Assembly: GCA_965217775.1 (NCBI GenBank)
Contig: CBDCJH010000002.1
Location: 3,168,001-3,232,000, forward strand
DNA from: Acidobacteriota bacterium
GTDB taxonomy: Bacteria > Acidobacteriota > UBA6911 > RPQK01 > JAJDTT01
Direction: 5' to 3'
DNA length: 64,000 nucleotides
The translations under genes were made by a program, and so were the position numbers. The notes beneath the pieces are model-generated. The model ran no database searches. It had not been told where the DNA came from and saw only the letters and a program-made list of their open reading frames with translations. Every line of letters begins with the position of its first letter. The first letter of the stretch is position 1. Positions 57,318 to 64,000 of this stretch are shown piece by piece.

Positions 57318-60300
57318 GTGGATTCTGGATTTCTGGTGATGACTGGAAATCTCCCGAAACACACCGATTCAGGTCTGAAGAACCGCTTCGCGCCGTTGTT
57401 CACGGTCGGATGCCTCGTCTTCCTCCTCATGAGTCAGTGGGCCCAGGGACAGGCGGAGAGCGCCACGCTGCTGGGCACTGTCCAACTGGAAGACGGCGCC
57501 CCCGCCGGGAACGTGGAGATCACGATTCGGCGCCCGGACATCAATGAGACCTACTCCCTCTTGACCGGCTCCGGCGGCAACTACCGCCGGGACAGCCTGG
57601 CCGCCGGCGCCTACGAGATCCAGGTGGCGGCTCGCGGCCACGCCGGTCTGCTTCGGGTCGGAGTCCAACTCCTGGTGGGCCAGGTCCTCCGCGAGGACTT
57701 TGTCCTGATTCCGGGCGACGAGAACGAAGTTCGGGTTCAGGAGAGCGGGTGGGTCCCCAGCGGCTCGGACCGGGACGACCGGGGCCTGGTCATCGACCGG
57801 GAGAAACTGGAAACGCTACCGGTGGCCTCCCGCGACATCGGCCAATTGGTGGACATGGCTCCGGGCGCCTCCCGCACCAGCAGCGGGCGGCGCCGGGGCG
57901 TGAAGGTCATGGGCATGAGACGGAGGGACAACCTGCTCTATATCGACGGGACCCTCTTTACCCATGGCGACGGCGGAACCACCTTCCAGGCCAGTACCGA
58001 CGCGCTCCAGGAGTTCGACATCAAGAGCGGACTCTACTCGGCCGAGTACGGGATTCGTCCCGGGGCGCAGATCGTGGCGGTGACCAAGAGCGGAACCAAC
58101 GCCTATCACGGCAGCCTCTACTGGTTTCACCGAAACGACAATCTGGACGCCCGGAACTTCTTCGAGCAGGAGAAGAAGGAGTTCAAGCGGAATCAGATGG
58201 GCGCCACCCTGGGCGGCCCCATCCTCCTTCCGGGGTTGTTCAAGGGCACGGATCGAGCCTGGTTCTTCCTCTCCCACCAATACCGGTCCATACGGGAGAC
58301 CAAGCCGCTCACGGGCGTGGTCCCGACGCGAGACGAGAAGAAGGGACTCTTTTCGTCTCCGATTCCGGACCCCTCCACGGGTGCTCCTTTCCCCAACAAC
58401 CGCATTCCCGAAAACCGGTTCGACCCGGTGGCGCTGAAGCTGCTTCCCATTTGGCCGGATCCCAACACCGTGGGCCCCCTGAACTTCACCAGCCCCGACT
58501 CGGTTTCTCCCACCGACAACCCCCAGATCATCGCCCGCGTGGACCTGAAGACCTCCGACGTCAGCCGTTGGAGCGGCCGTTTCGTCTGGGACTCGCGGCC
58601 CATCACTTCGGCCCGGGCCGTCAGCATCTTTTCGTCCACCAGCCCCCTGGCCACCTATGGACAGTCCATCTCCTACAGCCGGAACCTGGGCTCCCGGGAC
58701 ATCAACGTGGCCAGCATTCACTTGTTCCGGCGGCCTTACGAGTCGGTTCCCTCCAACCCTCTGCCCAACCTCGCGGGCAGGCTGGGCATCGACGAACTGC
58801 TCCTGGCCGAGGTGGACCGTCACGGGGTCCCCAGGACCCGAATCACTGGGTTTACCGGCATCGGCGACCAGACTCTGGCCGGCAGGGCGGCGCTGGGAAA
58901 CTGGCAGGTGAAGGACGATCTGGTCCTTCCCCGGGGCAACCACACCCTGAAGCTGGGTCTGGAATACCGACAGCACTTCAACCAGTATGGCCAGCACCGC
59001 CGATCCGAATTCGACTTCTACAATCGGTACACGGGGAACGGCTGGGGGGACTTTCTCCTGGGACATCTGGCCCAGAGCCAATTGGGAGGCGAGATCAATA
59101 GGGGCCGTTTCCACCAGAACAGCATCTACGCCTACCTTTCCGACGAGTGGCGGGTGACTCCGGGGCTGGATCTGAACCTGGGTCTCCGGTACGAGCTCCG
59201 GTTGCCCTGGGTGGACCTGCGGGGCTTCATGGCCAACTTCGATCCGGCCACCGGCCGCCTTCATCCGGAATTGCTGGACCTGGATCTGGCGCCCGGTGAG
59301 ACGGGACGATTCAGGCCCCACATGCCCCTCATCCAGTGGAACCGCTTGGGTGGAATCCAGCCCCGACTGGGGCTGGCGCTACGGTTGGGCGAGCGCACGG
59401 TGCTGCACACCGGAGCTGGCCTGTATTCCAACGAACCGGACGTGGGCATGGTTTCCCGGCTGGGAAGAAACCCGCGGCCCGGGGCCGAGCGGCTGATCTT
59501 CGAATCCGATCTGGAAACACCTCTCCTGTCGCTGTCCGACCCCTTTCCCGAGACCGGCAGGGCTGCGGCCGTGCCGGATCACTATGGCGTCGAGACTCCC
59601 CTGCCCCTGGCCACGACCCAGTCGTGGGGTCTGAGCCTGCAGCACCGGCTCTTCAGAGAACTCATGATCAATGCGGGATATCACGGATCCCACACCATCC
59701 ACCGCCTGGAGACGGTCTCCTTGAACGACGCGGCTCCGGGCACCGGCGACCGGCAGCAGCGCCGGCCCTTCAGCGATCTGCAGAACGTCCAGATACCTCA
59801 GGCCGACGGCGGGGCCTGGTATCACGGCCTGCAACTGCAGGTGGAAAAAGCTCCCGGAGCGCACGGCCTATCCTTGCTGGCCTCATTCAGCTGGTCGCGG
59901 CTGATCGAGATCGGAGCCAGCGACGTCGGATCACACCACCCCACTTTCTTTCGCTCCCGAAACATGGACTTGGAAGCCACCCGGGGACTGGCCGACTTTC
60001 ACGTGCCGCGCAGACTCCTCATGAGCGTGGGCTACGATCTTCCCTTCGGGTCGGATGGAACGCTCTCCCGGCCGGAGTGGATCTCCAATCTGGTCCGCAA
60101 CTGGTCGCTACGGGTGATCTCCAGCGCTCAGGACGGCCCCTGGATCACCATCAATCTTCCTGGAGATCCGTTGGACGTGGGTTCGGTGGCCTCCCAGTGG
60201 CCCGACCGCATCCGCGACGCCAACCTGCCCGAGAGCCGACGCGTGCCGACCCGTTGGTTCGACACCGAGGCCTTCCGCCTGCCCCGGGCCTTCCACTATG

Positions 60301-60551
60301 GAGACGCAGGGAAGTCCACGGTGGAAGGCCCGGGCCTCGTCAATCTGGACGTCTCTCTGAGGCGGAGCTTCCGGTTGGAGGAGGAACGCCGCATCGAGCT
60401 ACGACTCGAAGTCTTCAATGCCGCCAACCGCGCCAATTTCGCCGTCGGCCGGAGTGACCCGGCCATCGAGTTCGGCACCACGGGCTTCGGAAGCATCGGC
60501 CGTGCGCTTCCTGGCCGTCAGATCCAACTGGGATTCAAGGCCTATTTCTGA
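57318..60551 (+). CDS. TonB-dependent receptor (Oar-like), paralog of 29703..32873
   Basis: Shared YIDGTLFTHGDG.T.F.ASTDAL.EF, LDARNFFEQ, C-terminal QLGFKAYF; exact start uncertain. Confidence 0.9.
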   Translation: MDSGFLVMTGNLPKHTDSGLKNRFAPLFTVGCLVFLLMSQWAQGQAESATLLGTVQLEDGAPAGNVEITIRRPDINETYSLLTGSGGNYRRDSLAAGAYEIQVAARGHAGLLRVGVQLLVGQVLREDFVLIPGDENEVRVQESGWVPSGSDRDDRGLVIDREKLETLPVASRDIGQLVDMAPGASRTSSGRRRGVKVMGMRRRDNLLYIDGTLFTHGDGGTTFQASTDALQEFDIKSGLYSAEYGIRPGAQIVAVTKSGTNAYHGSLYWFHRNDNLDARNFFEQEKKEFKRNQMGATLGGPILLPGLFKGTDRAWFFLSHQYRSIRETKPLTGVVPTRDEKKGLFSSPIPDPSTGAPFPNNRIPENRFDPVALKLLPIWPDPNTVGPLNFTSPDSVSPTDNPQIIARVDLKTSDVSRWSGRFVWDSRPITSARAVSIFSSTSPLATYGQSISYSRNLGSRDINVASIHLFRRPYESVPSNPLPNLAGRLGIDELLLAEVDRHGVPRTRITGFTGIGDQTLAGRAALGNWQVKDDLVLPRGNHTLKLGLEYRQHFNQYGQHRRSEFDFYNRYTGNGWGDFLLGHLAQSQLGGEINRGRFHQNSIYAYLSDEWRVTPGLDLNLGLRYELRLPWVDLRGFMANFDPATGRLHPELLDLDLAPGETGRFRPHMPLIQWNRLGGIQPRLGLALRLGERTVLHTGAGLYSNEPDVGMVSRLGRNPRPGAERLIFESDLETPLLSLSDPFPETGRAAAVPDHYGVETPLPLATTQSWGLSLQHRLFRELMINAGYHGSHTIHRLETVSLNDAAPGTGDRQQRRPFSDLQNVQIPQADGGAWYHGLQLQVEKAPGAHGLSLLASFSWSRLIEIGASDVGSHHPTFFRSRNMDLEATRGLADFHVPRRLLMSVGYDLPFGSDGTLSRPEWISNLVRNWSLRVISSAQDGPWITINLPGDPLDVGSVASQWPDRIRDANLPESRRVPTRWFDTEAFRLPRAFHYGDAGKSTVEGPGLVNLDVSLRRSFRLEEERRIELRLEVFNAANRANFAVGRSDPAIEFGTTGFGSIGRALPGRQIQLGFKAYF

Positions 60552-60746
60552 TCGCTGGAAGCAATCGCCGATCGTTATTGGCAATTACTGGTGGAAGTCT
60601 TTTTTCTCAAAACCGTTACGAGGGCATCAGCTGAATTGGTGCAGGAGAGCCCGACCCACGAAAATTGACGCGAAACGAGCGTTTTTCCTCGACCGGGGTG
60701 AGAGGCAATTGAGTCTTTCCCCCGCCACGGGCAGAATGGAGTTCCA

Positions 60747-62150
60747 TTGATTGATCTGGACCTGTTCGTCATCGGCACCGGACCCGCAGGTCAGAGGGCC
60801 GCCATCCAGGCGGCCAAGCTGGGCAAGAGAGTCGGGATCTGCGATCGGCGCGACGTGGTGGGCGGCGTCTGCGTGAACACCGGAACCATCCCCTCCAAGA
60901 CCTTCCGCGAGGCCCTCCTCTATCTGACAGGTTACCGGCAGCGGCCCATTTACGGAGAATCGTATACGCTCAAGGAAAACTTGGAGATGCAGGATCTCCT
61001 CTTCCGTTGCCAGCACGTCATCCAACAGCAGATTCACGTGATTCGGCAACAGATGCGCCGTAACGGGGTGACGATTCTTTCGGGCACGGCGTCATTCAGG
61101 AACCCGCATGAAGTGGAAGTCCGCGGGCACCGGGGGGTGACGCGGGTCCGTTCGAAATATTTTGTCATCGCCACCGGCAGCGAGCCGGCCGCTCCCGACG
61201 GCGTGGCGGTGGACGGAGCCACGGTGATCACGGCCGACGAGATCCTGAGCCTGGACTCCCTGCCCCGATCGATGACGGTCGTGGGAGCAGGTGTGATCGG
61301 TCTGGAGTACGCCTCCATGTTCGGTGCGCTCGACACCGAGGTGACCATCATCGACAAAAGACCGCGGCCTCTCGAGTTCGTCGACTCGGAAATCATCGAC
61401 TCCCTGCTGTATCAGATGCGGAACAAGAACTGCGTCTTCCGGCTGGGAGAGGAGGTGGAATCGATCCACCTGAGGAACGGCGGCGCCGAGGCCTGGCTCA
61501 AGTCCGGGAAACGGGTCCGGTCCGAGGTCCTGTTCTATTCCATCGGCCGGGTCGGCGCCACGGCATCCCTGAAACTGGAGGCCGCCGGCCTGGAGAGCGA
61601 CCACCGGGGACGCATCCCGGTCGGTGTCACCTTCCAGACCCAACAGCGTCACATCTACGCCGTGGGTGACGTCATCGGATTTCCGGCCCTCGCCTCCACC
61701 TCCATGGAACAGGGACGAATGGCGGCCTGCCATGCGTTCGACGTGCCCTGCGAATCGATCCCGGAACTCTTTCCTTACGGCATCTATTCCATTCCCGAGA
61801 TGTCCATGGTCGGAAACACCGAGCAGGAGCTGACCCGGAACAAGGTTCCCTACGAAGTGGGCACCGCCCGTTACCGGGAGATCGCGCGAGGCGTCATCCT
61901 GGGAGACGATTCGGGTCTGCTCAAGATCCTCTTCCACCGGGACACGCGAAAAATCCTGGGGGTCCACATCATCGGAACCGGCGCCGCGGAACTGATCCAC
62001 ATCGGCCAGGCCGTGTTCGCCCTGAACGGGACCATCGACTACTTCGTCGATACGGTGTTCAACTATCCGACTTTTGCCGAGTGCTACAAAGTGGCGGGAC
62101 TGGACGGCTTCAACAAGGTCGGCCCTCCGAAGACGTCGCAGTTTGGCTAG
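60747..62150 (+). CDS. sthA: Soluble pyridine nucleotide transhydrogenase
   Basis: VIGTGPAGQRAAIQAAK, GGVCVNTGTIPSK (CxxxxT), GAGVIGLEYAS, GDVIGFPALASTSMEQGR, FNYPT. Confidence 0.92.
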   Translation: MIDLDLFVIGTGPAGQRAAIQAAKLGKRVGICDRRDVVGGVCVNTGTIPSKTFREALLYLTGYRQRPIYGESYTLKENLEMQDLLFRCQHVIQQQIHVIRQQMRRNGVTILSGTASFRNPHEVEVRGHRGVTRVRSKYFVIATGSEPAAPDGVAVDGATVITADEILSLDSLPRSMTVVGAGVIGLEYASMFGALDTEVTIIDKRPRPLEFVDSEIIDSLLYQMRNKNCVFRLGEEVESIHLRNGGAEAWLKSGKRVRSEVLFYSIGRVGATASLKLEAAGLESDHRGRIPVGVTFQTQQRHIYAVGDVIGFPALASTSMEQGRMAACHAFDVPCESIPELFPYGIYSIPEMSMVGNTEQELTRNKVPYEVGTARYREIARGVILGDDSGLLKILFHRDTRKILGVHIIGTGAAELIHIGQAVFALNGTIDYFVDTVFNYPTFAECYKVAGLDGFNKVGPPKTSQFG

Positions 62151-62318
62151 GAGCCTGCGCCGCAGAAATTGATCTACTGCGAAAGCGGTAGAATCGGTCC
62201 AGATTTCCCCGATTTCTCGGCGAATAGAACAACTATGCACCTCCAAATCGAGAAAATCTGGCCTCGATTCCCCACTTTCTCGCTACGATCATTTCTACAG
62301 CGCAGACTCCTAGTAACC

Positions 62319-63056
62319 GTGACTCGTCTTCTCCTGCTCCCGGTCCCCTTGCTTTTACTCGCCGCCGCCTGGTCCTGCGGAGAACTGCATCTGCAGGGAC
62401 GCACCGACGAGGAACTGGTCGAGCTGCTCTCCGATGAGCAGTGGCGGACCCGGGAGGAAGCCCGGCAAGAGTTGGTCGCCCGGGGACCGGACCGGGTCGT
62501 CCGACTACTACTGGAGGAATGGGAGCGTACGGGGGATCCCCGGGTTCGGGACCGGATCGCCTTCATCCTGCATCCCTGGGGCGTCTTCGCCATCGGAGAC
62601 CGGTCGGTCCCGGTGCTGACGGAACTCGTCGTCTTCAACCGCCACTTGAGAGAGGCGCTCCCGGAGATCCGGTCCGCACCGGAGTCGGCCCTTCAGGAGA
62701 TCTCCGAGGGAATCGTCCGCCGCTTCGGAACCCTGATGGAGGCCTTGAGAATGGAGATCGACGCGGAGCTGGTCCGATATCGGGACAATCTCGTCTCTTC
62801 GGTCATTCACCTCCGACTGCTCCTGAAACGGGGAGACCGGGCACGGACCATCGGCGCCGTCGCCGAGATGAGCCGGAAGATCGCCCAACGCATCGAGGCC
62901 CACGGCGATCTGGACCAGGACGGCCTGCCCACGTCCTGGGAGCTGGAGCACGATCTGGACCCGCTCCTGGACGATTCGCAAGTCGACCCCGACGGCGACG
63001 GCCGGTCGAACCTGGAGGAGTACCGGCAGAATCGGGATCCTGGGGTTTCGGATTAG
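62319..63056 (+). CDS. Hypothetical lipoprotein with HEAT-like repeat and C-terminal DxDxDG Ca-binding repeats
   Basis: AAAWSC lipobox-like; LVELLSDEQWRTREEARQEL; DLDQDGLP..WE..DPDGDGRSNLEEY. Confidence 0.55.
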   Translation: MTRLLLLPVPLLLLAAAWSCGELHLQGRTDEELVELLSDEQWRTREEARQELVARGPDRVVRLLLEEWERTGDPRVRDRIAFILHPWGVFAIGDRSVPVLTELVVFNRHLREALPEIRSAPESALQEISEGIVRRFGTLMEALRMEIDAELVRYRDNLVSSVIHLRLLLKRGDRARTIGAVAEMSRKIAQRIEAHGDLDQDGLPTSWELEHDLDPLLDDSQVDPDGDGRSNLEEYRQNRDPGVSD

Positions 63057-63108
63057 TGGGAACTGAGGCAAAGTGCGCCGCTGTCAACGCTTCGATACCA
63101 AATCCGTT

Positions 63109-63375
63109 TTACCGGTACACCTTGTCGCGGCCACCGACTCTCACCACCAGGACCCGCAAAACATCGTCCTGAATGTCGCAGATCACGCGGCAGTCCCCTA
63201 CCCGATAACGCCACAGCTCACCCAGTGGGCCGGTCAGTGCCTTTCCCAGGTTCCGTGGGTCCTCCAGTCCCGCAACCCGCTCGTTCATGTAATCGACAAT
63301 GCGTCGAGCCATCTGCTTATCGAGCTTGCGAAGCTGGGTCCGGGCGGACGCGGTGTACTCAATCGTCCAAATTAA
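63109..63375 (-). CDS. relE: RelE/ParE family toxin
   Basis: WTIEY..QLRKLD..DPRNLGKALTG.LGELWRYRVGD.RVIC.I; TTG start overlapping the antitoxin. Confidence 0.9.
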   Translation of the reverse strand, partial: LIWTIEYTASARTQLRKLDKQMARRIVDYMNERVAGLEDPRNLGKALTGPLGELWRYRVGDCRVICDIQDDVLRVLVVRVGGRDKVYR

Positions 63376-63586
63376 GAGCATTCATCACATCGGAGGAAGA
63401 GTACACCTTCTCTTTGCCTTGGCGAAGGCGCTCCAGTACGTCCGCGGCAAGGTAGTAGTCCTCCATATCCTCAAGGCCACGCTCGATCATCTCACGCAGG
63501 TAGAAAGCCTTGGTGCGCCCGGTCTGCGAGGCGAGAAAAGCAAGCCGTTGCTCGGTTTCAGGCGCCAGCCGAATCGAAGTTGCCAT
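63359..63586 (-). CDS. RelB-like RHH antitoxin
   Basis: MATSIRL..EQRL..LASQTGRTKAFYLRE.IE.GLEDMEDYYLA; upstream of and overlapping relE. Confidence 0.88.
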   Translation of the reverse strand: MATSIRLAPETEQRLAFLASQTGRTKAFYLREMIERGLEDMEDYYLAADVLERLRQGKEKVYSSSDVMNALNLDD

Positions 63587-63630
63587 GTCGCCGGTCCTCC
63601 AGAAGCTTCTGCATACAAGTATTCATCGTA

Positions 63631-64000
63631 TCACATCATCGCGGGCGGCGCGCCCGGCGGCGGCGAGCGCCTTCGGTTGCCGCTGCTGCCGGGAGGAGAC
63701 CCCTCGATCCCCGTTGTCTGAAAAAGGACGAACATCTTGCGGGTCTGCACGGCGCAGTCTCCATTCTCCTGGAACACGAACCGAACCTCTCTCTCACCCG
63801 GACGAACCGACCTATATGCCCTCAACGTGGCCTTCCAATTGCGCTTCTCGTACTCGTACTGGGCCTGACCCGTCTCGCTGTAGTGGCGTTCTTCATCGGT
63901 CCCGATGGGATCTGCCCTAGAGCGTAGAAAAAGGGTTCCTAGCACCGGGACAACCCAGTTCTCGGTGGTCTGCTCGTCGTAGGGACGCCCGGTGACGACG
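63631..64000 (-). CDS. 3' part of a hypothetical protein entering from beyond the window end
   Basis: Open frame to the edge (..VVTGRPYDEQTTENWVVPVLGTLFLRS..); no recognisable motif. Confidence 0.4.
   Translation of the reverse strand, partial: VVTGRPYDEQTTENWVVPVLGTLFLRSRADPIGTDEERHYSETGQAQYEYEKRNWKATLRAYRSVRPGEREVRFVFQENGDCAVQTRKMFVLFQTTGIEGSPPGSSGNRRRSPPPGAPPAMM

Overview
GC-rich bacterial DNA, most likely Acidobacteriota (two Oar-like TonB-dependent receptors, DUF1501 plus DUF1549/1553 cytochrome genes, many TAT-exported enzymes); the taxonomy is inferred. The first ~44 kb is mostly periplasmic and metabolic genes: the end of a heavy-metal RND efflux operon, five related beta-propeller glycosidase-like genes, three paralogous Asp-box (sialidase-like) genes, ilvD, and a deacylase/aminotransferase/M24 cluster. 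It also holds a small decayed insertion (14.5-17.0 kb) flanked by a duplicated gene 3' end. 44-56.4 kb is a mobile-element-rich block ending at tRNA-Gly(GCC). The standout is a 1244-bp element (45702..46945) whose only gene is a TnpB with intact catalytic motifs. It is bounded by 22-bp terminal inverted repeats and an 8-bp target-site duplication, i.e. IS1595-like DDE-transposon ends rather than IS200/IS605 ends. Its predicted omegaRNA scaffold appears to use the right TIR itself. Also present are an ORF-less group II intron inserted precisely in the loop of a GTAG-type REP hairpin, an IS481 whose two ends both abut REP halves, a nested scrambled IS21 remnant with two long loopless palindromes, and two type II TA pairs. 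No CRISPR array or rRNA was seen.
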